Origin: Clostridia bacterium
GTDB lineage: Bacteria; Bacillota; Clostridia; Monoglobales; Monoglobaceae
DNA length: 33,756 bases
Reading direction: 5' to 3'
Assembly (NCBI GenBank): GCA_045542775.1
Contig: JAZQLR010000023.1
Coordinates: forward strand, 1 to 33,756
The position numbers and the translations under genes are program-made. Under the pieces are notes generated by a model. The model worked only from the letters and a program-made list of their open reading frames with translations. It did not search any database and was not told the origin of the DNA. Positions within the stretch are counted from its first letter, which is position 1; each line of letters starts with the position of its first letter. This document shows positions 8,060 to 16,223 of the stretch, one piece after another.

Positions 8060-9154
8060 ATGAAAGTAAGCTTTTCAAAGGTCTTAAAGCTTGTATTTTT
8101 GCTATGCGCTCTGCATATCGCCTTGTTTTTGGTTATGTTCCCAACTGCCTGTATCGAAGTCGGGCGAACAGCGGTTAACCTTTGTTTGAATTCGGTAATC
8201 CCGTCGCTTTTTCCGTTTTTAATTTGCAGTGGAATTTTCTCGGCTACCGGTGCGGCAACCGCTTGCAGCCGATATTTATCCCCCGTTGTCAGACCTCTTT
8301 TCAAAGTGCCCGGCTGCGGTGCGGCGGCGTTTGTTCTCGGCATTGTCAGCGGCTACCCCGTTGGTGCGGCTTGTGCCGCAAACCTTTACGCCACGGGTCA
8401 ATGCACCAAAACAGAAGCCGAAAGGCTTTGCGCCTTTTGCAATAACTCCGGACCAATCTTTATTATTTCGGTAGTCGGCTGCGGTTTCTTAGGCAGTGCC
8501 GTTTTGGGGAAATACCTTTATATTTCCCACATTCTCTCCGCAATTCTCTCCGGCTTTGTTCTGAGCCTTTTTGAAAAGCAAAGCCAAAACCAAAGCTCCG
8601 CCTTGCCTCCAAAATCCGTGCCTAAACCAAAGGACGCCGTATTTATCCTTGGCGATGTAATGGACACCTCCATTTCCTCAATGCTGAAAATATGCGGTTT
8701 TGTGGTGTTCTTTTCGGTGTTTGCGGCGGCAATTCCAAAAAGCAATATCACCCCGTACCTCGCCGCAGCACTTGAAATCACCGGCGGTATAAAACAGCTT
8801 GCCGGACTTGAAATTCCCCTTGATACAAAGCTTTGCCTGATTTCGTTTTTTGCCGCATTTTCGGGAATTTCAATTATGCTTCAGGTAGGTGCAATAACCG
8901 CACCGCACCGCCTTTCGCTTATCCCCTACATTTTTGGCAAGCTGATTCAGGGCGGTTTTTCGGTGTTAATTATGAAAGCTCTTCTTTATTTCTTCCCCTT
9001 AAATCAAAGTACATTTCTGCAACAAAAAGACCCTGTCGCATTCGCGGCAGAGCCTTTAGGGAATCTCTTTTATTCACTTTCAGTTCTTGGTGCTGCACTT
9101 CTCGTTTTTGCAGCTATTATATCGATTATCAAGCTGTTAAAACGAGTGGTTTAA
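8060..9154 (+). CDS. ylbJ: Sporulation integral membrane protein YlbJ-like (nucleoside-recognition/Gate-domain membrane protein)
   Basis: Polytopic membrane protein of 364 aa. Motifs NSVIPSLFPFLICSGIF and CNNSGPIFII are typical of YlbJ. Confidence 0.75.
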   Translation: MKVSFSKVLKLVFLLCALHIALFLVMFPTACIEVGRTAVNLCLNSVIPSLFPFLICSGIFSATGAATACSRYLSPVVRPLFKVPGCGAAAFVLGIVSGYPVGAACAANLYATGQCTKTEAERLCAFCNNSGPIFIISVVGCGFLGSAVLGKYLYISHILSAILSGFVLSLFEKQSQNQSSALPPKSVPKPKDAVFILGDVMDTSISSMLKICGFVVFFSVFAAAIPKSNITPYLAAALEITGGIKQLAGLEIPLDTKLCLISFFAAFSGISIMLQVGAITAPHRLSLIPYIFGKLIQGGFSVLIMKALLYFFPLNQSTFLQQKDPVAFAAEPLGNLFYSLSVLGAALLVFAAIISIIKLLKRVV

Positions 9155-10497
9155 TATCTGGGTGGGTTGTAGTTATTCATTCTCCGCTTCTTCCTCTTGC
9201 TCTTTTTAAGAGCACGTACAAAGCCAACTATTATCAGCGTTATAAACGCCAGTACAAGGCCGAGCACGGTGTATACCACAAACTTCACCACTCGGAAACT
9301 CCACAGCCATTCAAAAAATGTCATTACAAAGCCGAAGAAATGGCGTTTTACCTCCTGAGTAGAACACAGGTTCACGCTGCCGATTTCCTTGCCGTCATAG
9401 GTAAATTTAACCTTGCCTATTACCTGACCCGAGGTGATTGGTGCATAGACCTTTTCGGGGATTTCGGTAACAAACTCTATTTTCTCGCTGTCGCCGCCCT
9501 CAGGGAAAAGTGCCTCAAGGTTTTTTTCGGCGGAAAGCAGAATATGGTCTGTTCCGTCAGCCGCCTGCTTAACCTTTACCTCGCCGAATATATCATCGCG
9601 TTTAGCAAGGGTTTTAAGGCTGAACGCCGTTAAGCCGTACTGTAAAATCTCCTTGGACTCGTTGTGCGAAATGGCAATATCCTCGGCATTGAACACTACC
9701 GAAATTACCGATTTGCCCTTATCCTCGGCAGATGACACAAGGCAGTAGCCAGCCTCGGAGGTAGAACCGGTTTTGATGCCGGTTGCCTTGTCATAGAAGT
9801 AATACGGATAACGCATCAGGGATACAAGATTGTTTGTATTTATAAAATAACGCTGGTCGGACATATTTGTTGCCGGAAGGTAGATATGCGCGCATTCCAC
9901 AATCCCCGCAAATGTCGGGTTCTGCATCGCCACTCTCGCAAGCTTTGCCATATCCTTTGCCGTGGTGTGGTGGTCCTTGTGATGCAGACCGTGGGGATTC
10001 ATAAACGAGGTGTTTTCAAGACCCAATGCCTTTGCCTTTTCGTTCATACGCATAACAAATTCTTCGGCTGTTCCGCCAATGCCCTCGGCAATCACCATTG
10101 CCGCATCGTTGCCCGAAGCAATCAGAAGTCCCTGCAGAAGTCCCTCAAGAGTCATGCTCTCGCCGACCTTGAGCGCAATACTGCTGCCGTCTATATCAAG
10201 AGAATCATACGCCGCCTGACTGAGTGTCAATGGCTGGTCGAGGCTGATTTCACCGTTCTTCACCGCATCAAGTGCCACAAGTGCCGTCATCATCTTGGTG
10301 GTGCTGGCAGGGTACATTACCTTTTCCGAGTTCTTTTCAAACAGCACATTTCCGGTGTTTGCGTCTATAAGAATAACCGCCTCCGCCGTGGGACTTGGCT
10401 TAGGAGTCGCAAAAGCCGGAACTGTCGCACCCAGCATAATTATCGCCGCAAGACACAAAACCATTGCCATGCGAGTGTATGTAATCGCCTTTTTCAT
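9151..10497 (-). CDS. D-alanyl-D-alanine carboxypeptidase (class C low-MW PBP)
   Basis: Signal peptide MKKAITYTRMAMVLCLAAIIMLGATVPAFA. SxxK (STTK), SGN and KTG boxes are present, with a C-terminal TM anchor and basic tail. The ATG at 10497 has a GGAGG RBS; the longer track ORF would overlap tsaB. Confidence 0.9.
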   Translation of the reverse strand: MKKAITYTRMAMVLCLAAIIMLGATVPAFATPKPSPTAEAVILIDANTGNVLFEKNSEKVMYPASTTKMMTALVALDAVKNGEISLDQPLTLSQAAYDSLDIDGSSIALKVGESMTLEGLLQGLLIASGNDAAMVIAEGIGGTAEEFVMRMNEKAKALGLENTSFMNPHGLHHKDHHTTAKDMAKLARVAMQNPTFAGIVECAHIYLPATNMSDQRYFINTNNLVSLMRYPYYFYDKATGIKTGSTSEAGYCLVSSAEDKGKSVISVVFNAEDIAISHNESKEILQYGLTAFSLKTLAKRDDIFGEVKVKQAADGTDHILLSAEKNLEALFPEGGDSEKIEFVTEIPEKVYAPITSGQVIGKVKFTYDGKEIGSVNLCSTQEVKRHFFGFVMTFFEWLWSFRVVKFVVYTVLGLVLAFITLIIVGFVRALKKSKRKKRRMNNYNPPRY

Positions 10498-10534
10498 CTC
10501 TTTTCCTCCAATATTATTAACAGTCGATACTGCA

Positions 10535-11242
10535 TTATTCACTACCCATTTTTTTGAGTCTGTCCTGCTCCGCCTGAGAAAGCCGCACATATTCGGGGAC
10601 AAGCTCACCGTAAGCTACGGTCTCGCCAGCCTTGAACTTTTCAAGACCAAGCTCCGCAACCGCTCCCGCAAGGTTCATACGGGTTGTTTTGGGGGCAAAA
10701 AACGCACGCTCGCCCAAAGTCTTGCGGATTTCATCCTCAAACACCAACGTTCCGTCGCCCATAAATATCACATCTTTGTTGTAGCTTTTAAGCTCCTCCA
10801 AAAGCTCGGACAGAGCAAGGGCACGGTCAGGAGTCATTCGGGTGGCACTTCCCTTTTTGCAATCAAACAACGCATTGTAGACCTGATTTCGCCTTGCGTC
10901 AAGGATGGGGGCAATAATCCCGTCAAAATACCTCGAAGAATACGCCAAAGCCTCCAATGTGGACACCGCAATACAAGGCTTTTGTGCCGCCTGAGCCATC
11001 GCCTTTGCGGTTGCAACACCGATACGCACGCCCGTGAACGAGCCGGGGCCAACCGCCGCCGCAAACGCATCAACCGATTTCGGGTCAATGCCGGTAAGTT
11101 TGAACATTTCCTCAACCTGCGGCATCATCATCTGGGAATGGTTCTTGCCGTGGTTCACCACCGTCTGGGCAAGCAAAACCTTCTCATCAACCAATGCCGC
11201 TGTTGCCGCCATACAGCAGGTATCTATTCCGAATATAAGCAT
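10535..11242 (-). CDS. tsaB: tRNA t6A37 biosynthesis protein TsaB
   Basis: N-terminus MLIFGIDTCCMAATAALV and an ASKHA-fold pattern. It sits directly after tsaE. Confidence 0.9.
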   Translation of the reverse strand: MLIFGIDTCCMAATAALVDEKVLLAQTVVNHGKNHSQMMMPQVEEMFKLTGIDPKSVDAFAAAVGPGSFTGVRIGVATAKAMAQAAQKPCIAVSTLEALAYSSRYFDGIIAPILDARRNQVYNALFDCKKGSATRMTPDRALALSELLEELKSYNKDVIFMGDGTLVFEDEIRKTLGERAFFAPKTTRMNLAGAVAELGLEKFKAGETVAYGELVPEYVRLSQAEQDRLKKMGSE

Positions 11243-11245
11243 AAT

Positions 11246-11671
11246 TTACTCCTCAATAATAATCTTTCTGTAATCGTTGCCCTTTTGGGGGTCTTTCTCT
11301 ATCCTTACATCAATATATCCGCCGGGAAGAACGGTTTCAATATTAACCGCCCACTCGATAAGACAAATTCCGTCGCCGAAGAAGTAGTCGTCCATCCAGT
11401 CGCAGCTGTCTGCACTGACATTTTCGAGGCGGTACGCATCAAAATGATAAACCGTTAAATCACCGCTGTACTCGTTGACCATGGTGAATGTGGGGCTTGA
11501 AACCTCGTCCTCAGGAACGCCAAAAAAACCTGCCACGCCCTTTGTAAACGCAGTTTTACCTGCGCCAAGCTCACCCGAAAGTGCGATTATATCGCCGGGC
11601 TTTAAGGTTTTGGCAAATTCCTTTGCAATCTCCATTGTTTCTGCCGCGCTGCGGCTTTCGTATATCTTCAT
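11246..11671 (-). CDS. tsaE: tRNA t6A37 biosynthesis ATPase TsaE
   Basis: P-loop GELGAGKTAFTKG and SPTFT motif; 141 aa. Confidence 0.92.
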   Translation of the reverse strand: MKIYESRSAAETMEIAKEFAKTLKPGDIIALSGELGAGKTAFTKGVAGFFGVPEDEVSSPTFTMVNEYSGDLTVYHFDAYRLENVSADSCDWMDDYFFGDGICLIEWAVNIETVLPGGYIDVRIEKDPQKGNDYRKIIIEE

Positions 11672-11745
11672 TGTTTTTCATCCAATCAAAAATGTATCTT
11701 AATTTTATTTTACCGATATTTGAGTATAAAGTCAATACAAAACTA

Positions 11746-11774
11746 TTGAAATTTGATTTATTTTAATATATAAT
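11746..11774 (+). promoter_or_regulatory. Sigma-A type promoter for the deaminase gene
   Basis: TTGAAA - 17 nt - TATAAT, about 40 nt upstream of the ATG at 11813. Confidence 0.55.
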
Positions 11775-11812
11775 CAAAATATAAATTTTATCGAAAAAAG
11801 GGGAACCTTGTT

Positions 11813-12310
11813 ATGGAAAAGAAGAGAGTTGACAAACACAACTATTATCTGGATATAGCTGAAACAGTTATTGAGCGAGGCACCTGTATCCGCCGCAACT
11901 TTGGCGCAATTATTGTTAAGAACGACGAAATCGTATCAACCGGCTACACCGGCGCACCCCGCGGCCGCGAGAACTGCTGCACAACGGGCGTTTGTATCCG
12001 TGAAAAGCTGGCTATCCCCCGTGGCGAGCGTTACGAGCTGTGCCGCAGCGTCCACGCAGAGGCAAACTGCATCATCAGCGCCGCACGCAGGGATATGATT
12101 GACGCAACACTTTACCTTGTGGGTAAGGACTACAACACCGGCGAGCTGGTGGAAAACACCTCAAGCTGTTCTATGTGCAAGCGTCTTATTATCAACGCCG
12201 GCATCAAGCGTGTTATTATCCGCAACACCCCCACCGAATACACTATTGTCAATGTCGAAAAAGAATGGGTCGAAAACGACGAATCCTTGGAGGGTATTCT
12301 GGGCTACTAA
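11813..12310 (+). CDS. dCMP (deoxycytidylate) deaminase, ComEB-like
   Basis: Zinc motifs VHAEANCI and CSMCKRLII; 165 aa. Confidence 0.88.
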   Translation: MEKKRVDKHNYYLDIAETVIERGTCIRRNFGAIIVKNDEIVSTGYTGAPRGRENCCTTGVCIREKLAIPRGERYELCRSVHAEANCIISAARRDMIDATLYLVGKDYNTGELVENTSSCSMCKRLIINAGIKRVIIRNTPTEYTIVNVEKEWVENDESLEGILGY

Positions 12311-12332
12311 TCCCGATATTTCGGGAAAACAT

Positions 12333-12364
12333 AAAATCCCTTGCAAAATTTTGCAAGGGATTTT
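12333..12364. terminator. Bidirectional intrinsic terminator (deaminase / PFK convergent pair)
   Basis: aaaaTCCCTTGCAAaattTTGCAAGGGAtttt. Confidence 0.8.
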
Positions 12365-12372
12365 GTTTGTTT

Positions 12373-13587
12373 TTAGCGTTTCGGTGCAAATTGCAAGCTG
12401 CCGTTCTTATATACCAAGTCAGGCTCACCGGTGATAAGGGGACGAGCATATTCGCAGAACTTGTCTGTAAGTCCAAAGCCGTCTGCAGTAATCATCTCGT
12501 CGGGAATTTTCTTTTCAAAGTTTGCAATATCGCATACGGGCAGGGGAACAATCTCCATATTATAGGGACTATTTGATGTTCTCTTGAAGCCTGCCATCAT
12601 TCCGGTATGGCCCGCAAGAGCAAATTCAACACCCTTAACACCTGCATTGAACGCCTCCGTCACATCGCAGAGTGATGTCCCTGCCGCAAAGCATCTCTGG
12701 AGAGTGCTCAGCTCAATACTACGTGTCTTGAAGCCAAGCTCGGATGCAATCCAACCCTCAACAGTCTTGCCGGCACCGCCAAGTGCTGCGTGACCAAACT
12801 TATCGCCTCTGGAATTGTTTTCCTTTATGTAGTTGCCGTCCTTGTCACGGATACCCTCGGAAACAGCAATCATAATTGTCTTCTTGGTCTTGCTTACTTC
12901 CTCAACCTTTTTAATGAACGAATCAGCATCAAATGCGCGTTCGGGGAGGCAGATAATATCTGCCGCAGAAAGCTCGCTGTCGTTTGCAAGAGCCGCTGCC
13001 GCTGTCAGCCAGCCGGCGTTTCTGCCCATTGCCTCAAGAACAACAACCGACTGCATCTTGTATACATCGGTGTCAAGTGCAATCTGGCGCATACAGTTTG
13101 AAACAAACTTTGCCGCAGAACCGTAACCCGGTGTATGGTCGGTAATAACCAAATCGTTATCAACTGTTTTAGGAACACCAATAACACGGATGCTCTTGCC
13201 CTTTTCAGCCGCATAAGCGCTCAGCTTATTTGTTGTATCCATTGAATCATTTCCGCCGATACAGCAAAGATAACCGATATTATATTTTTCAAGCACCTCA
13301 AAAATTCTGTCATAGAACGCATCGTCGCTGCCGAGGGGCGGAAGCTTTTTACGGCATGAACCAAGATATGATGCCGGAGTCTGCTTCAAGAGTCTGAGGT
13401 TTTCCTCATTTTTAAAGATGTCAAGTTCACGGATGGTTTCGTTTTCAACGCCCTCAATACCGTTCAGGCTGCCGTAAACCTTTCCTATTTTCCCCGGATG
13501 GTCAAAGCCGCCCTTGATTACGCCCGCAAGTGATGCATTGATAACCGCAGTAGGGCCACCGGACTGAAGTACCAGTAAATTCTCCAT
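12373..13587 (-). CDS. 6-phosphofructokinase, long (~400 aa) PfkA-family enzyme, possibly PPi-dependent
   Basis: Contains QSGGPTAVINASLAG, IGGNDSMDT and PKTVDNDL. The Asp in GGNDS resembles PPi-type enzymes (GGDD), but phosphoryl-donor specificity cannot be decided by eye. Confidence 0.88.
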   Translation of the reverse strand: MENLLVLQSGGPTAVINASLAGVIKGGFDHPGKIGKVYGSLNGIEGVENETIRELDIFKNEENLRLLKQTPASYLGSCRKKLPPLGSDDAFYDRIFEVLEKYNIGYLCCIGGNDSMDTTNKLSAYAAEKGKSIRVIGVPKTVDNDLVITDHTPGYGSAAKFVSNCMRQIALDTDVYKMQSVVVLEAMGRNAGWLTAAAALANDSELSAADIICLPERAFDADSFIKKVEEVSKTKKTIMIAVSEGIRDKDGNYIKENNSRGDKFGHAALGGAGKTVEGWIASELGFKTRSIELSTLQRCFAAGTSLCDVTEAFNAGVKGVEFALAGHTGMMAGFKRTSNSPYNMEIVPLPVCDIANFEKKIPDEMITADGFGLTDKFCEYARPLITGEPDLVYKNGSLQFAPKR

Positions 13588-13671
13588 TATTCGTCCCTAA
13601 CCTTTCGTAATTTCAGTTTTACTATCATATTTTAACACCTTTTACCTTTTTTGTAAAGAACATTTATTTAA

Positions 13672-13700
13672 TTGACCTTTTTGAAGATTTATGCTACAAT
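13672..13700 (+). promoter_or_regulatory. Sigma-A type promoter for the SDR gene
   Basis: TTGACC - 17 nt - TACAAT, followed by RBS aaaGGGAGGttgg and the ATG at 13723. Confidence 0.55.
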
Positions 13701-13722
13701 ACCTCAAAGGGAGGTTGGATAA

Positions 13723-14478
13723 ATGAAAGCACTAATTACCGGAGCAAGCTCGGGTATCGGTAGAGATATAGCACGAATTCTCCACGCGAGAGGTATTGAA
13801 CTCTGGCTTGTCGCAAGGCGTGAAAACCGACTTCTTGAGCTTAAAGATACCCTAGGCGAGGGCATACACATACTAACCCTCGACCTATGCCGGGAGGAGA
13901 ACTGTTATACCCTTTATAGCGAACTGAAAAATGAAGGTATTGATATAGTGATTAACAACGCAGGCTTCGGTCAGTTTGGCTTTTTCACCGATGTTGCGCT
14001 TGACTGCGAGCTTGAAATGCTTGACCTTAATATCCGTGCTCCGCATATCCTCACAAAGCTGTTTTTAAAGGATTTTGAAGAGCGTGGCAATGGGTATATA
14101 CTGAATGTCGCCTCGTCTGCGGCATTTCTGCCCGGACCGCTTATGTCGGTTTATTACTCAACCAAGGCTTACCTTTACCGCCTTACCCTTGCAATTTACG
14201 AGGAGCTTCGCCGAAAAAACAGCGGCGTTTATGTAGGAGTTCTTTGCCCCGGCCCGGTGGAGACCGAATTTAACAGCCGAGCGGGTGTCAGATTCAGCAT
14301 AAAAAGCCTAACCTCTGAGGCTGTGGCACGGTATGCCGTCAAAAAAATGTTCAAGAAAAAGCTTGTGATTATCCCCGGTCTTACCGTCCGGCTGGGAACA
14401 ATTTTTCAGAGATTTGTCCCAACAAAGCTGTTGCTTAAAATATCATACCATATCCAACATTCAAAAGAAAAAAATTAG
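13723..14478 (+). CDS. Short-chain dehydrogenase/reductase (SDR) family oxidoreductase
   Basis: TGASSGIG cofactor motif, NNAG, and catalytic YSTKAY (YxxxK). Confidence 0.9.
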   Translation: MKALITGASSGIGRDIARILHARGIELWLVARRENRLLELKDTLGEGIHILTLDLCREENCYTLYSELKNEGIDIVINNAGFGQFGFFTDVALDCELEMLDLNIRAPHILTKLFLKDFEERGNGYILNVASSAAFLPGPLMSVYYSTKAYLYRLTLAIYEELRRKNSGVYVGVLCPGPVETEFNSRAGVRFSIKSLTSEAVARYAVKKMFKKKLVIIPGLTVRLGTIFQRFVPTKLLLKISYHIQHSKEKN

Positions 14479-14526
14479 TCTTTGCATAAAAGACATAAAA
14501 AAGTGAGTTCGAAACCATCCTCACTT

Positions 14527-14802
14527 AAGCCGTGGGGAGTCGAACACCACAAGCCTTAAACTTGATTAATTTGTGCCTTTTCAACTTGTCATCCTAGAAA
14601 GGCGTCAGCCTGTCTTCGTCTTCCGCATTGAAATTGCACTAAATTTCTCTTCGTTTAAGGTCGAAGAGTTTAAAAATAAGAAATTTCGATGAAAGACAAG
14701 GAGAAATTTGCGAATAATACTGGCGTATATTTGCGGATTTTTCCGCAGTATTTCGCGAAATTTGTATTTTTAAACCTTATGGGATTCGGCTCTCCACGGC
14801 TT
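14527..14802 (+). repeat. Imperfect 34-bp inverted repeat pair enclosing ~209 nt, within the queT leader
   Basis: Left arm aagccgtggggagtcgaacaccacaagccttaaa (14527-14560). The right arm (14769-14802) read in reverse complement is aagccgtggagagccgaatcccataaggtttaaa. 27 of 34 positions are identical, and two of the mismatches would be G-U pairs as RNA. Confidence 0.6.
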
Positions 14803-14829
14803 TAAATCAAAACTAAGGAGACAAAAACT

Positions 14830-15312
14830 ATGAAAAAGAAAAATGGTGTACGGTTCACCGTACAAGCTGCCGCAATTGCGGCGCTTTATGTTGTGCTGAC
14901 CTTTATCTCGTCAGCTTTGGGTCTGTCGAGCGGAGTTATTCAGCTTCGACTGTCGGAAGCACTTTGTGTGCTCCCCGTGTTCTTTCCTGCGGCAGTGCCG
15001 GGTCTTTTTGTCGGGTGCATAATCGCAAATTTCCTCACCGGCAGTATTTTTATTGATGTAATCTTCGGGAGTCTTGCAACCCTGATTGGTGCAATCGGCA
15101 CACGGCTTTTGAAAAAACACAAATTTCTCTGCCTTGCGCCGCCGATACTTTCAAACACACTTATCATTCCGTTTGTTCTGGCGTTTGCCTATAACTTCGA
15201 CGGGTCGATATTCTACTTTATGCTTACGGTAGGTCTTGGCGAGCTGCTCTCCTGCGGAGCTTTAGGCTACTGCCTTGGCTCTGCACTTAAAAAGAGAATA
15301 AATATCATATAA
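14830..15312 (+). CDS. queT: Queuosine-precursor transporter QueT (COG4708-type membrane protein)
   Basis: 160 aa with 5 TM segments. Motifs VIQLRLSEAL, GCIIANFL and DVIFGSLATLIGA are typical of QueT. Confidence 0.75.
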   Translation: MKKKNGVRFTVQAAAIAALYVVLTFISSALGLSSGVIQLRLSEALCVLPVFFPAAVPGLFVGCIIANFLTGSIFIDVIFGSLATLIGAIGTRLLKKHKFLCLAPPILSNTLIIPFVLAFAYNFDGSIFYFMLTVGLGELLSCGALGYCLGSALKKRINII

Positions 15313-15359
15313 AAACAAATGTCATTCTTTGGCTTTGCCTAAGAATGACATTTTTGTTT
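15311..15359. terminator. Bidirectional intrinsic terminator (queT / ptsH convergent pair)
   Basis: aaaaacaaatgtcattctt-tggctttgcct-aagaatgacatttttgttt. Confidence 0.8.
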
Positions 15360-15615
15360 ACAAATTTTCTTCAAAAAACTTACGCATCGCCTGGGCAACT
15401 GCTTCTTCGTCATCGCCCTCAACGGTAACACGAATTTCATCGTCCTTTTTTGCGCCCAGACCCATAACTGCAAATATTTTTTTGGCATCGGCGGATTTTT
15501 CGCCCTTAAAGAGCTTAATATCTGCACCAAATCCGGTTGCAGCCTTTACAAGCAAGCCTGCAGGTCTGGCGTGAATACCTACCTCGTCCTTTATTTTGTA
15601 TAAAAATTCTTTCAT
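15358..15615 (-). CDS. ptsH: Phosphocarrier protein HPr (His-15 present, Ser-46 position is Lys)
   Basis: MKEFLYKIKDEVGIHARPAG..., with RBS aaaGGAGcgttgcaa upstream of the ATG at 15615. The 102-aa track ORF has an N-terminal extension that HPr homologues do not have. Confidence 0.9.
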   Translation of the reverse strand: MKEFLYKIKDEVGIHARPAGLLVKAATGFGADIKLFKGEKSADAKKIFAVMGLGAKKDDEIRVTVEGDDEEAVAQAMRKFFEENL

Positions 15616-15680
15616 TTGCAACGCTCCTTTTAAATTAGTTATTTTTAGTATGCCCGCAAATTGCAAAAATAAATATACTA

Positions 15681-15709
15681 TTTACAAATTACGAAAAATA
15701 TGGTATTAT
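15681..15709 (+). promoter_or_regulatory. Sigma-A type promoter (extended -10) of family B copy 1
   Basis: TTTACA - 17 nt (ending TGg) - TATTAT. Confidence 0.6.
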
Positions 15710-15715
15710 ATTGGT

Positions 15716-15874
15716 TGCCAGATAATTTTTTAAAACGACTATACAAACATGCTTTCTTGCCTTTTGGCAAAAACGCACTGTTTTTTTACGCATGTTTGTA
15801 TGTTGTTAAAATCTTGTCTGGCGACTTGGAGCAGTGCGTTTTTCGGTGTACGGCTCTGCCGTGCACCTTTTTTA
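15716..15874 (+). ncRNA. Candidate structured RNA, family B copy 1 (stand-alone)
   Basis: P1 is GCCAGAUAA..UUUU/AAAA.UUGUCUGGC and P2 is UAUACAAACAUGC/GCAUGUUUGUAUG. There is an apical hairpin UUGCC-UUUU-GGCAA. The long-range pairing is AAAAACGCACUG/CAGUGCGUUUUU, and the terminator is GGUGUACGG-cucu-GCCGUGCACC plus U6. Confidence 0.6.
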
Positions 15875-15927
15875 TTTAATGACGTACTCGCTTTCTCTTG
15901 TCGCTAAACAAATTTCACAAACAGAAA

Positions 15928-15954
15928 TTCCGCCGTTTTTTCGGCGGAGTTTTT
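15928..15954. terminator. Additional hairpin terminator between family B copy 1 and the tRNA promoter
   Basis: ttCCGCCGttttttCGGCGGagttttt. Confidence 0.55.
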
Positions 15955-15985
15955 GTGTATAAAATAAATATTTTTAAATAAAGTC

Positions 15986-16014
15986 TTGATTTTTCAAAGA
16001 AATTGTAGTATACT
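15986..16014 (+). promoter_or_regulatory. Sigma-A type promoter of tRNA-Ser
   Basis: TTGATT - 17 nt - TATACT, ending about 12 nt before the tRNA 5' end. Confidence 0.6.
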
Positions 16015-16025
16015 ATTTTAGTCTC

Positions 16026-16117
16026 GGAGAGGTGGTCGAGATGGTTTAAGGCGCAGCATTGGAAATGCTGTGTACGTTTATAGCGTACCGTGGGTTCGAA
16101 TCCCATCCTCTCCTCCA
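16026..16117 (+). tRNA. tRNA-Ser (anticodon GGA), class II with long variable arm, CCA encoded
   Basis: Acceptor ggagagg/cctctcc, anticodon stem-loop cagca-ttGGAaa-tgctg, variable arm tgtacgtttatagcgtaccg, T-arm gtgggTTCGAATcccat, and 3' tcca. Confidence 0.93.
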
Positions 16118-16153
16118 AAAATCGACAAGGTACGTTTGAACCTTGTCGATTTT
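16118..16153 (+). terminator. Intrinsic terminator after tRNA-Ser
   Basis: aaaATCGACAAGGtacgtttgaaCCTTGTCGATttt. Confidence 0.8.
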
Positions 16154-16186
16154 ACTTATTACTTTTTTCACTATTCACTTTTCACT

Positions 16187-16223
16187 AAAAAAGCTAACCG
16201 GTGCAAGATTGCACCGGTTTTTT
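16187..16223. terminator. Bidirectional terminator adjacent to the pdxK stop
   Basis: aaaaaagctAACCGGTGCAagatTGCACCGGTTttttc. Confidence 0.8.

Noticed and set aside
8833-9633. 266-aa plus-strand ORF
   Set aside because: It is out of frame within the 3' end of ylbJ and antisense to the DD-carboxypeptidase gene. There are no motifs and no RBS, so it is a shadow ORF.
10295-11458. 387-aa plus-strand ORF, the longest unexplained ORF in the track
   Set aside because: It lies entirely antisense to the well-supported dac, tsaB and tsaE genes. It has no RBS, and its composition is R/C/H-rich and low-complexity, as expected of a shadow frame.
14500-14562. tRNA-like fragments (gagttcgaaaccatcctcac; ggggagtcgaacaccac)
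   Set aside because: They look like T-arms, but no acceptor, D or anticodon arms can be folded around them on either strand. I treat them as part of the inverted repeat and leader, not as a tRNA or pseudo-tRNA.
14770-14829. Canonical preQ1-I riboswitch call upstream of queT
   Set aside because: Only the A-rich tail and the CUAAGGAG segment match. The compact 5-bp P1 hairpin with its conserved loop is not present adjacent to the tail, so I report it only as a hypothesis in the findings.
15875-15927. Small ORF after family B copy 1 (ATGACGTACTCG..., ~27 codons)
   Set aside because: It has no Shine-Dalgarno sequence, runs through the next terminator hairpin, and is not similar to the acidic ORF that follows copy 3.
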